DNA of 64,000 nucleotides, taken from positions 41,354,001 to 41,418,000 of the forward strand of contig CM068744.1 of the NCBI GenBank assembly GCA_035084275.1, written 5' to 3'. The notes beneath the pieces are model-generated. The model had not been told where the DNA came from. It did not search any database and saw only the letters and a list, made by a program, of their open reading frames with translations. Shown here one piece after another: positions 1-11,266 of this stretch. Origin of the DNA: Hydrolagus colliei. Taxonomy: Eukaryota. A program made the translations under genes and the position numbers. Within the stretch, counting starts at the first letter, position 1; each line of letters starts with the position of its first letter.

Positions 1-1140
1 CACATTCAGCTGCAGGACGTTTGCAATCATCCAGGTCCTGATGTCTGCCAGACATGGGCGGATTTGGGGACGGTACTGGAGGAGGCAAAGTTAACATTGG
101 ACATGAGAGGAAAACCATTTGCCAAAATGAAGTAAATCTGTTTGGTTAAGTCGGATGTGAATCATGTGAGTGTGGTCCCTCTAAGATGGATGAGGTGTAG
201 CTGCAGTGGAGGCAAATGACTTGGTCGACTGTTCAAACTCAGCAGAGAGATCCAGGAGGATTCAGAGGGAGCCCTAGTCACAGAAAGAGAGAAAATAGTT
301 TTTGAGTTTGTGCTGTGGGCGAGGTGAAAAACAGAATGCAAGGGCCAGAGGAGCGAATGGAGGGATAGTTGTGAGTGAAGTTGACCTGTAACAATGCATT
401 CCAGGTCTTTGGCGAGGAAGGTCATGTTGGAAATGGGGCAGTAGTATGAGAGTTTAGAGGTATTTAAGGGTTTTTTTAAAAAAGGAAGGATGTGATAACA
501 GCTGTTTTCAGGGGGGGTGGAACAGTTTCTGATGAGAGAAACTAGTTCACTGTATTGGCCAGCAGAGGGAGTTCAGTGACCAACAGCTGGGTGGTAAAGG
601 CAGGGGAAGGGGATGGTCCACGCATATAGTTAACTTCTGTTGGGTGATTGTGGTCGAGAGTGAAGAGGGAGAAATTGCGGCAAATGACTGTAAGGAGAAG
701 GGAGTGGCAGGAGTCGTGGCTTAGCGAGAAGGTAGTTTAGATACTATGGGTTTGGTGGTCAGAGACGTGCAGTGGGGGAAGAATGATGCAGCCAAGTGGA
801 TGCTTTCAGTCTTTGAGGCAAATGAGTCTAGGACCTCATCGCACTTGGGTTTTGATTTGAGGATAGAAGAGACATGAACGGATGCACAAAGGAGGTGATA
901 GAAAGTGCAAACCAGATTTTAAGTTGCTTTTGGCCTCCAGGAAGACTTTGGAGTCAAAGTCAGTTTGGATTCTGACAGGGAGAGGTGGTAGTTATGGAGC
1001 TGCTCCAGCCACAGCTGATGGTAAAGTTCGGGCTGGATATCTGGCATCTGCGCTCAAATGTCCGGGTTTGTATTTTAAAAGAATGGAGATGACTGTTGCA
1101 CCAAGGGGACCAAGTGGATTTGCAAACAGAGCTGGCTTTT
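1..1140 (-). mobile_element. L2-clade LINE ORF2 fragment (degenerate)
   Basis: Purine-rich + strand is the reverse complement of L2 ORF2-type sequence, e.g. gaaggtcatgttggaaatggggcagtag encodes the YRPISN-like motif seen in the + strand L2 copy at 18697 (QPSSYRPISNLLFLSKV). Many stops and frameshifts. Confidence 0.6.
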
Positions 1141-1897
1141 AGGGCTGCCAGAAAATTAATGGTTGTGGAGAGGCAGTCATTCAGCAGCAATAATAATCCT
1201 TGAATTTGGTATAGAGTTTATCACATCTTCTAGACATCTCAAAGTGCTTCAGAGAATATATTGTAAAGTGGGTGACTGTATATTTGCGGCAATGCGTGGC
1301 AGCCAGTGTCCCACAAACAATTGTGGATTGAAATTACCAATTTATTATTGGTTTTTATGAGGGATTACTATGAGGATCGCTTGAGGTTCACTTTAGGTCA
1401 GGGGGAGAGAAGGTCCACTGAAGATAGGGCATTTGTGAGGTAATTCCAGCCGCAGCTCCAGTGCAAACCTTTGACTGCCCAACACCTTGGAATGTCCCCC
1501 TGATGTGAAAGGAGCAATAATGACACACACAGTCTGAGTCAGGCTGACATACAACAACAGATCCAGGCTGGCCCACAGTGACCGAGACACAACATATAAT
1601 AGGCTGTGTTTACATATCAGATGGTGGTATGTGAAATGGATGGTTAGACTTTTGGGTGTGAATATGGGAGATTTGCAAGGATGAGCGCATTGAGTCATAC
1701 ACCCAGATATTGAGATTGTGGGTTAGACATGTACTCAGGGCAAGCAGCACTGGTAATATCCAGACTTGACTTCATTAACTCTCTGCTCACCAGACTACCC
1801 TTCTTTTCCTTCTATGAAATGCAAATTGTGTCCATATCCACCACTTTAAATCCCTCCATGCTTTTGCTATCCCCTACCTCTGTGACCTACTGGAAAT

Positions 1898-2733
1898 ATA
1901 ACCGATTTACCCACTCCTGATCAGCGGGCACTGGTTTCCACCATCAGTGGTCGGGACTTCAGTCTCTATCCCCACCTTCTGGAACACCATTCCTTGAGTG
2001 GCTCCTTTACCTCATTCCCTCCTTGAAGATCCATCTCAAAACGTTCCTCTTTGCCTGTGCATTTAGTCATTTCCCACCCCCAAACTCCGGCCCTGTCTTG
2101 CCCTGCACCCCCATTGACAACAGCTTACAGCTTAAACTTATATAGCACCCTCCATGCAGGTTAGTATCTCAGGGCACTTAAGAATGGCAATATCACAGAG
2201 AACTTGACACTTAACTAAACAACTCTGAGCCGGTGGGTGATAGAAGTGATAACTGTAAGCAAGGTTGAAGAGGAAGATTTTCAATCAGGACTTGAAAAAG
2301 GACAGAGGGATGGCAAAGTGGAGTGATTGAGAAAAAATGCTCCACACTACTAGGGCTTCATAATTGAAATCTCAATCTCCGATGGTGGTACAGAGATTGC
2401 ACCAGATTGCTTACAGTCACCACTTCTATCACCCACTGGCTCAGAGTTGTTTAATTAAATGTTAAGTGCTCTGAGGGCACTATATGGAGGGCGCTATATA
2501 AGTTTAAGCTGTAAGCTGTTTTCAATGAGGGTGCAGGGAAAAAGGGGGTCGGGGTTTGGGGGGGTGGGAATTGACCGAATGCACAGTCAAAGAGAAATGT
2601 TTTGAGATGGATCTTGAAGGAGTGAATGAGGTAAAGGAGCCACTCAAGGAATGGTGTTCCAGAAGTTGGGGACAGAGATACTGAAGGTGGAAACCAGTGC
2701 CCACTGATCAGGAGTGGGTAGATTGGTTATGTC
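1898..2733. repeat. Fold-back inverted duplication (arms ~1898-2262 and ~2404-2733, ~140-bp spacer)
   Basis: tacccactcctgatcagcgggcactggtttccacc (1908) pairs with ggtggaaaccagtgcccactgatcaggagtgggta (ends 2720). aaacaactctgagccggtgggtgatagaagtg (~2217) pairs with cacttctatcacccactggctcagagttgttt (~2421). Confidence 0.85.
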
Positions 2734-2739
2734 TGTCAC

Positions 2740-3870
2740 GTTTGTCCTCTGTCATCTACCTCAGTGCGACCGCACTCGCCTGATTCGAGTCCTACCTCAC
2801 AAACTGCCAGCAGTACATCTCCACAAACAGCTTTTCCTCCCGCTCTTACCCTGTGGGGTACCCCAAGGATCCATCCTTGGCCCCCTACTCTTCCTCATCT
2901 ATATGCTCCCTCTTGGGGATGTCATCTGCACACATGGGGCACTCTTCCACATGTATGCAGATGACACCCAACTCTATTTCTCCACTTCACTTTGCAACCC
3001 CAGTCCCCTGATGTTCTGTCATCCTGCCTGTCAGATAACAGGAGCTGGATGAGTTTTTGCGGCTGAATGTTGACAAGACGGAGGCCATACTCTTTCTGTC
3101 AACGTCTCCATTCACATGGCTTTCACCTCCTCCACCTTCCCGGTCTCCATTGAAACTCTCCAAACCTGAGCGAAACCTTGGCGTCAGGTTCGACCCCCAA
3201 CTGTCCTTCCTCCCCCACATCTGGTCCCTCACCAGCACCGTCTTCTTCCACCTCCGACGGATCGCTCGTCTCCGGCAATTCTTCACCCCAAAAGCCGCTG
3301 AAACCCTGGTCCACGCCTTTGTCACCTCATGGCTGGACTGTTCAAATGCCCTCCTCACCTGTCTCCCCTCCACCTCAATCCATAAAATCAAACTCATTCA
3401 AAACTGCTACCTGCATTCTCACCCGCACCAAACTTCGCTCCCCTATTACCCCAGTCCTTCACTGGCTCCCTATCCCTGAGAGGATTGACTTCAAGATCCT
3501 CACCCTTGTTTTCAAATCCCTCCACTCCTCTGCAACCCCCTACATCTCTGATTTCCTCTCTCCTCAAACCAGGTGTTGCCTTCGCTCCACCGGGTCTGAC
3601 CTCCTCCATGTCCCCCAAATCCTCCACCCTCGGCGGCCGGGCCTTCAGCCACTATGCCCCAAGGCTCTGGAAATCCCTTCCTCACTACCTTCATCTTGTC
3701 ACCTCTTTTCTCAGTTTCAGGTCCCAACTGAAGACCTTTCTCTTCAACCACGCCTTTGGTCACCTTTCTACCCCTGCCTCTGGTTCGGTTCCGGGATTCG
3801 CTTTGTGAAGCGCTCTGAGACGCAGTCTGGCATGGAGGGCGCTATATAAATTGAAGTTGTTGTTGTTGCA
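2740..3870 (+). mobile_element. L2 LINE 3' fragment (RT C-terminal region and tail)
   Basis: ORFs give [17 protein letters not shown] and YADDTQLY (RT core), LNVDKTE and HWLPIPERIDFKIL. Ends in ...gagggcgctatataaattgaagttgttgttgtt tail. Confidence 0.9.
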
Positions 3871-5279
3871 AGGGATAAGCAGGAGGCCAGTGCTAAGCGA
3901 GCGTGCTCTGACACAGCTTTGTCAACTTATCCTTCAAAGAAATGTGCATGTGGACATCATGGCTCTCTGCTCCTGCACCCCCTTTCAAATCTTATAATTT
4001 AGTTTATAACACCTCTCCTTATTCTTCCTCCCAAATTGCCACACTACTCTGCATCAATCCACCATTAGTCTGCCCATTTCACCAGTCTTCCATGTCTGTG
4101 TAGAGTCACATCCTTCAATTAATTCACTAAGTCCATTGGTTAGATCACTTGCTTTTCTTTGAAGGATAAGTTGATCAAGTTAGATCACAACTGTTAATAA
4201 TCCCTCAAGAATTTTTTTATAAATTAGTTATTTGAATCCACAACTGTTTGTGGGACACTGCTGGATGCAAATAGCGGCAAATGAACTTGGCAATGCGGTA
4301 ATCATTTGAAGCAGGGATGGTCCAGGGACGGTTTGAAAGAATAAAAGAGATTACAGACACTTTTGAGGGGTTGGAATGGGTCAATGGGTCAATCACATGA
4401 TGTCTGTGAGTAGGGGGAAAAGATTTTCAACTGGTAGGCAAGGAGAGGGCAAGTGATGGGTTTGAAGCGACATGCAGCTGTTTTCATGCAGCTTATACAC
4501 TAAACTGACTGTATATTTTGGGGTGAAAAGTAGCAGCTAATTGCACACAGTAGTGTCCCACAAACAGTCATGAATTGAATTGAGCAATTTATTATATATT
4601 TGAAGAAATTATTATCCCCAGAAAAGTGAACCCCCAATCAACTATTAAACAATAAACAAGTTTCTACTTATTTCTAGATAAAAAAAGGCATGTGATGTAA
4701 GGAAACTTACTCAACATTTCACCCTAGCAGGAATCAAACTCATGTTTCTTATTCGCAGGGCAGGTGTTCCATCCACTAAACTACAGGACTCCACTCTATC
4801 ACATTACTCACACACCACACCTCCAGTCCATGAAAGAGATAGGGAGTGTTGGCCCCATGCCACGTGTTCAAATGAAAATTATTTTTTGTGAGAATTACAA
4901 ATCCCTGTGGGCACAGCAATTCTTTGGTAATCAAACAATCTCACCAGTCTCCTGGCCAATCCACTGGAGGATTCACATTCACCTCCCACTGAAGAGCTCC
5001 ATATAAACTGGCTTTACCCCATCAACCAAACCACAGCTTCCTCACCTCATCCTCCACCAGCCGCTGATCTTCTCCCAGATCCACATACAACCGTCTGTAA
5101 CAACAAACTGCTTGGAACATACATGTAAGTACAACTTCAGAGTTTGGCATGCTGGATGCAAAGTTCAGAGGGTTGCTGTCTGTATTTAATGCTGACCTGG
5201 CCATGCAGAATGGACACTGTAGAGGGCGTATTACTCTATGTCCAATCCACTGCAATCCTGAAGCAGCCACCAATCGTTG

Positions 5280-5765
5280 AATGTCTGTTGCTCCAAAACT
5301 TCAATTCCCCAAAACAATCTTCCCTTCACAAGCAGCAAATCATCAAGAACTCTGCAGCTCGTGTGCTCACCCACACCAAGCTCTACAACCACATCACTTC
5401 CACCCTCGCCCCGCTACATTGGCTCCCCATCCTCCAGAGAATCGAACTCAAGATCCTCATCCTCACTTTCAACGCCATTCACAGCCTCACCGCTTCCTAT
5501 CTCTCTGACCTACTGACTACCTATGAATCTGCCCGACCCCTCCGTTCAGCGGGCTGCATTCTGCTCCATGTCTCTCACCCGACCCACTCTATCATCGGTA
5601 GAGTGGGTCCTCTTCAATCATGTCTTTTGCTGCCCTCCCAACACACTCCCTCCCTTCCCCCCTACCCTGCCCATGCCTCTTGCTCGGGTCCCGAACTGAC
5701 TGCTCAGCACCTTGGGATGTCCTCCAGATGTCAAAGGTGCTACACAAGTATATTTTTGTCGTTGC
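5280..5765 (+). mobile_element. L2 LINE 3' fragment
   Basis: IIKNSAARVLTHTKLYNHITSTLAPLHWLPILQRIELKIL motif followed by an L2-type tail. Confidence 0.8.
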
Positions 5766-8309
5766 TCTTTTACATCAGAGAATGCCCCCAAGTCGCTAAA
5801 CAGTCATTATCCTACTCTCGATCACTAATTTCTCACACCACTGATATAGTTTGATTTTCAATCTATACAAAGCAGAGCTAGCACTTGTCAAAGTCACATA
5901 CAAAATCCTCACAAACTGTGATCAGAACTCACCGTACCTCGTTGTCCTCCTGGATTCCTTTTACGTTCAACACAGTTGACCACACCATCCATCTCCACTG
6001 CCTCTCCTCATTCACGTTCGTGAGAAAATACTTGCATGGTTCGAGTGCTACTTAACCAACTGCCTCCAACAAATAGTTTCTCCATCCTGAATGATTGTTA
6101 ACTTCCTGCAGCTGAATGTGGACAAGATAGAACCCATCAACGTTCACTTCTGTTGGTCTAAACTCCTCGACTTCCATTTGCTCTCCAACAGGTTATCTAT
6201 AGCACAGTAGATAATAATAATAATAACAATTCTTACATTTGATACAGCACCTTTCACATCAGAATGATGCCCAAAGGCACCTAACAGGATGCAGTGTTGT
6301 GACTGTGTATTTTGAGGGTGCATAAGACAGCAAATTTGCCCACAGGCCAAACAATTTACAGTGCAGTTTAAAGGCAGAACTGCGCTCTTTGTCTGTCCAC
6401 AATCTGGGTCAGTGTAATCAACACAGTAAATCTTCTCCATATTCCGGCCACACTCCCAGGACAAGGCAAGAAGCAGTAATTCTCCCTCTACACTGTCCAT
6501 CCACATTGCTGAGGCATGGTAAGAGAAAAGCTCACTCTAGACTGTGTAGCTAACTCTACACACTCCGAGGTCAGGTTCGGAATAGAGTAAAACTCCCTCT
6601 ATACTGTCCATTCCCCAAGCCCAGGTCAGGGAAAAAACAACAATTTGTGCTTATATAGTGCCCACCTCCCCAAGATTGTAAGCATGGTTAAAAAGGAAGA
6701 TTTTTAGGATTTTTTGAAAACGGGAAGATAGAGAGAGACCGCAAGGTAGAGAAATTCACGGAGAGTGTTCCCCAGTTATGGGGTATAGTGGCTGATAACG
6801 TGACCCTCCCCCCAACAGCAGAGCAGAGGATACAAGGGACAATTAGGAGGCTGGTGACAGTCAAGCGGAGGCACTGGTTGGTGGATTTGGGAGTGAGGCG
6901 GATGGGGAGATAGGGAGGTTCCAAGGAATGAATGGATTTGAAGCTAAATGAACATAGTGTAGGGAAGTCAATTTGTTGGGTGATGGGGAGAATGTGGCCT
7001 AACTATTGAGATGATGGTAGAGAGTTTGATCGAGGTAAGTATGCGGACATTAAAGTTTTGAGTAAGCTGGAATTTTTGAGTAGAGCTGGGCAGACTTGTG
7101 ATCAATAATGTGATCTGAGATTGATAGATTTCTTGCGGATAAAGGGATTAAGGGATATGGGGATAAGGCAGGTAGGTGGAGTTAGAATAGATCAGGCATG
7201 ATCTTATTGAATGGCAGGACAGGCCTGAGGGGCCGAATGGCCTACTCATGCTCCTAATTCTTATGTTCTTATAATCAGATGACAAATCCTTACATGAGGG
7301 TTTTGGCTATATTTGAAAGATCTTGTCTGTAGGACATCAATAATTGAATCAGTGCAAATTTCTGGCATTTACATGTGAACAGACAGAGGCAATACTCTTT
7401 GGCTCCCATCGCCATATTCTGTCCCAGGGTTCCAATCTCTTCAACTACTTGACATCCCCATAAAACTCTACAAACACATGCGTAACATAGGCATCAGGTT
7501 TGATCCCAAATCATCCTTCCTCTCCCACATCCAGTTCCTCAACAGCACCACTTTCTCCCATCACTATCGCATATTCCATCAATACCACCAATCCCTCAAC
7601 AACAACAATAAAATTACACTGATACAGCGCCTTTCATGTTGGGAGGACCTCACCACAAAAACTGCTGAAAATCCAGCTCATTCAAAACTCCCCCACCCAC
7701 ATTCTTACCAGCACCAAACTTTGTGCCCAATTGCCCCAGTCCTTACCAAACTTTACTGGTTTCCCGTCACAGAACTGAATTATCAATCACTTTATCTGAA
7801 AATAATCAATTGGACATAAACCTTCAATTCACTCTACATGATCGATCTCATTCAACGTCTGTGGTTTCAAATCAAATTTGGAAGCCATGTCCTTCGGTTT
7901 GTTATGAGGATTTCCTTCCCAGTATCGGAGAATCTGAGTCCTTGTCAGCTGTTACTATTTTGCTGGACTGTCTGCATTACCCGATGCCACGATGGTTGGT
8001 CAAAATGTTGTTTTCTTTACTTGGTCACTGTTCTGCGCATGTGGTCCTTTAGTACTGCAGTGGGTAAATAAAGTTGATGGGTGGGGATTAAGCTCCCACT
8101 GATTGTCTCACTTCAAGCTCCGAGTTTGCTGATACAAGGCCAAGCAATGTGTTTAAGATCATCTCCACTCTCAGTGTAATAAAATGCTCATGCTCCCACC
8201 CCCACCACACACGTTCCATGGGATAAGGTAAAACTCTTTCCTCAATCAGCCACCCACCCATCATCCACCCTACCAACCAATTGCCTATACCTCCAATCTC
8301 ATGAATTCT

Positions 8310-8750
8310 CAAATGATACCCACCACACCAAACTTCGTTCCCCCATTACCCCAGTCCTTGCCAGACTTCACTGGCTCCCTATCCCAGAGAGGATCAACTT
8401 CAAGATTCTCACCCTTGTTTTCAAATCCCTCCACTCGTCTGTACACCTCTACCTCTCTGACCTCTCTCCTCAAACCAGCACTCGTTGCCTTCGCTCCATG
8501 TCCCCCGAATCCTCCGCTCCAACCTCGCCGGCCGTGCCTTCAGCCACTATGCCTATCACTCTGGAATTCCCTTCCTCACTCCCTTCGCCTCACCTCCTCT
8601 TTTCTCAGCTTCAGGTCCGCGTCTTTGGTTACCTTTCTTGCCCTGCTCCTGCCTCGGTCCTGGGATCCGCTATTGTGATGCGCTCTGAGATGCCGTCCAG
8701 TGTGGAGGGCCCTATATAAATCAAAGTTGTTGTTGTTGTTGTTATTAGTC
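8310..8750 (+). mobile_element. L2 LINE 3' fragment
   Basis: cactggctccctatcccagagaggatcaacttcaagattc (HWLPIPERINFKI) and the same tail as 3870 and 62480. Confidence 0.85.
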
Positions 8751-9181
8751 GCATCCCTACAGCCCAACTCCACCTCCTTTCCCCTAACAGACATTACCAT
8801 CTCCCTGCTCACTGCTACAGTTCCCACATTCTTAAAAAGAGCTGTCTTCACACCCACCATCAAAAATCAGTCATTGACCCATCCTTGATAGAAGTCCTGC
8901 AGCTCAGTGGTTAGGTGGCTGCTGTGTTTCACCCACAAAATACAGTCAATACACTTTACAGTATATTCTGTAAAGCGCTTTGAGATGCATCGAAGATGTG
9001 AAAAGCGCTGTATCACATGCAAGTATTATTATTATCCCTGTTCCCTCCCTGCCATCCCTTCCCCAACCCGCCTTCTTTGAAGAAACATGCTCTGTCCCCA
9101 GCTCACTTCCATCAATACAAGTTGCTGTTGTTGGTACAATTACACAGATGGTTTATTTACAGTGACCGAGTGGACATCAGG

Positions 9182-11266
9182 ATGAGTGCATCTAACACAG
9201 TGTCTGTGATCGACAACACCTTCAAGAAGATCTCCAAGGCTGATGATATCAGAAAAGACACTGAATTAATGATGAAGCCCTACAGCAACTGGGAAGAGTT
9301 CCTGATGCCAGGGCCCATCTCTGTGTCTATTTTAGGTGAATTGATATTCATTTCAGCAAGCGATGACTTTCCCATCAATCAGAATATGCCCAAAGGTGGC
9401 TACACGTACATCAAATACCCCCAGTCTTTCCGTGCTTGTCTGGTGCAAGTCAGCAACCAAGGGTGGGAGGCATTCAACACAGCTCACAAGAACATGGATG
9501 AGATACGGCTTCACACTTTGACCACTCCAACCCATATTAAGAATGCGGTGAAGATCCTAATGCGATCAAGTAAAGGCACAAGCAGCGCACTGCTTCCTAA
9601 AGTACTGAGCAGCGTCAGCTCATCGGCAGAATCCTGCCTGAGTCTTGCAAAAGCCGTGGAGGACAAGTTTGTTTTGGTGATGGTTCTGATCAATGAGCTG
9701 TTGGAGGCCTGCACAAACTCTAAAGGAGCCCAACAGCAGGAACTAGAAGAGGTCAAATTGAAAATGCAAGAATACAAACTCAAAGAAGAGTCCGCAAAAT
9801 CACTGAAAGAAATGGCAGAGAATCAGGAGAAATTAATGAAGAAACAAATGGAACAATGCCAAGAAGATTACAAATCTGCACTTGATTCCATGCCCAGTGG
9901 TTGGGATGTTCTCGGAATGAATTTTGTTGACGGATTATTGACTACTGTCAACACTTTTGTTGCTGCAATACCATCCTTTGTAGGCTTCGAATTACCCTCT
10001 ACTGACAAACCAACAGAAACCCCCACACAGCCCTCTGCAGATGCCTCATTACAGTCACTCAAGATAGTGAGCAAAGGCAACCAGGTCTTCAATTGGGTTA
10101 CTTTACTTGAAAAGTTTGTGACCGAAGATCAGAAAATCAACATGAAACTTGTGATTGACCAGAAAACTGGGAACTTGAATTCAGACTGGGGGAAGAATCA
10201 ACTACTCAAACTGAAAACTGAATTTGAACAGGAGGAAGAGAGTCTGCCCAAACAGAGGGCCTTGGCAGTGATCAACGAGGCTATTTCAGTTTATAATGAG
10301 TTTCATGAGCTGCAGAAGAACCCAGATGATGAGACGGTGATGAGCGAGATCGTCACAAAGATAAGCCCTGTCTGTGACAATGCGCGTGAATTTAGCTCCT
10401 ACTGCAATGCAGTGAGTAACACATCTGGGTTAAACATCAATCCGCCACAGATGGCAAACGCAGGCAATGAAGAGATCACTGGTCAGGGTAATGCTGGTAC
10501 TATTGCTATAAAAAACGCCAGATTCAAAGTTGAACAGACGACAGCGATGTTACAGAACTCACAGAAAATGTATGAAAAGAGTTTCGAGAACTTGACGAAA
10601 AGCAATAAGGAACTAGTAGAAATCTTGGCCGGGATGAGGAAGTGCGAACTGAAGGAACTCGACTTTGACAAAACCATTCAGATCCTCATGAAAGGTCTTG
10701 ATGCCTTAGGGAAAGTCAAAGAGCAGTGGGGCAAGATGATTCGTTTCTTCCAGATGTTATCCAATCTGATTAAAATTTGTCTCCAATCTGTCAATAATTT
10801 TGTCTGCTACACCGAAGTGGCTGCAAAGCTTCCGGTATATTCTATGGACTCTTTAATGATAGATATGATCTATACACAAGCGTTTCAGGCTACTAACATC
10901 ATCAACGTGGTCCATATGATTTCCGAATCCTATGTACAAATATCTACTGAGTTCCTGATGGATCGAGTGAGTAGCTTGGGAAGACTGATTGCTTTGGATC
11001 CAACGAGAGATGGCACACGATTTGACTATGAACGTAAAAAGTTACACAGTGACTGTGACAAGGCTTCCAAAGGGATTCAGGAGCTCATACTTCGAAACAA
11101 GGCAGAGTTCGACAGGAATCTGGAGAGCAGAGTGAAGACAATCACTGAAAACCTGGAGGCCGTGCTCCCTCCTGTGTCTGCAGAAGAGAAAAGGATGATT
11201 GAATACACAGTGCATCACGGAATGGACGCAGCGACCAAAGACATGATAGATGACATTGATATTTAA
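9182..11266 (+). CDS. Single-coding-exon 694-aa alpha-helical/coiled-coil protein of uncharacterised family; possible ClyA/HBL-like alpha-pore-forming protein
   Basis: Uninterrupted 2.1-kb ORF with no TE motifs. Splice acceptor ttatttacag (AG 9161-9162) just before ATG 9182 (MSASNTVS...). Heptad-like E/K/Q-rich stretches, a hydrophobic segment GWDVLGMNFVDGLLTTVNTFVAAIPSFVGF, no signal peptide. The CDS is well supported; the product call is inference. Confidence 0.85.
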   Translation: MSASNTVSVIDNTFKKISKADDIRKDTELMMKPYSNWEEFLMPGPISVSILGELIFISASDDFPINQNMPKGGYTYIKYPQSFRACLVQVSNQGWEAFNTAHKNMDEIRLHTLTTPTHIKNAVKILMRSSKGTSSALLPKVLSSVSSSAESCLSLAKAVEDKFVLVMVLINELLEACTNSKGAQQQELEEVKLKMQEYKLKEESAKSLKEMAENQEKLMKKQMEQCQEDYKSALDSMPSGWDVLGMNFVDGLLTTVNTFVAAIPSFVGFELPSTDKPTETPTQPSADASLQSLKIVSKGNQVFNWVTLLEKFVTEDQKINMKLVIDQKTGNLNSDWGKNQLLKLKTEFEQEEESLPKQRALAVINEAISVYNEFHELQKNPDDETVMSEIVTKISPVCDNAREFSSYCNAVSNTSGLNINPPQMANAGNEEITGQGNAGTIAIKNARFKVEQTTAMLQNSQKMYEKSFENLTKSNKELVEILAGMRKCELKELDFDKTIQILMKGLDALGKVKEQWGKMIRFFQMLSNLIKICLQSVNNFVCYTEVAAKLPVYSMDSLMIDMIYTQAFQATNIINVVHMISESYVQISTEFLMDRVSSLGRLIALDPTRDGTRFDYERKKLHSDCDKASKGIQELILRNKAEFDRNLESRVKTITENLEAVLPPVSAEEKRMIEYTVHHGMDAATKDMIDDIDI

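Noticed and set aside
1575-1610. Isolated CACAGTG heptamers (e.g. ~1575, ~17109, ~36624)
   Set aside because: No ACAAAAACC-like nonamer at 12/23 spacing where inspected, and they are not next to V exons. Expected by chance.
9017-9181. N-terminal 55 aa of the 749-aa ORF
   Set aside because: It overlaps a SINE tail and a pyrimidine-rich tract ending in a splice acceptor (ttatttacag). The real start is more plausibly ATG 9182.
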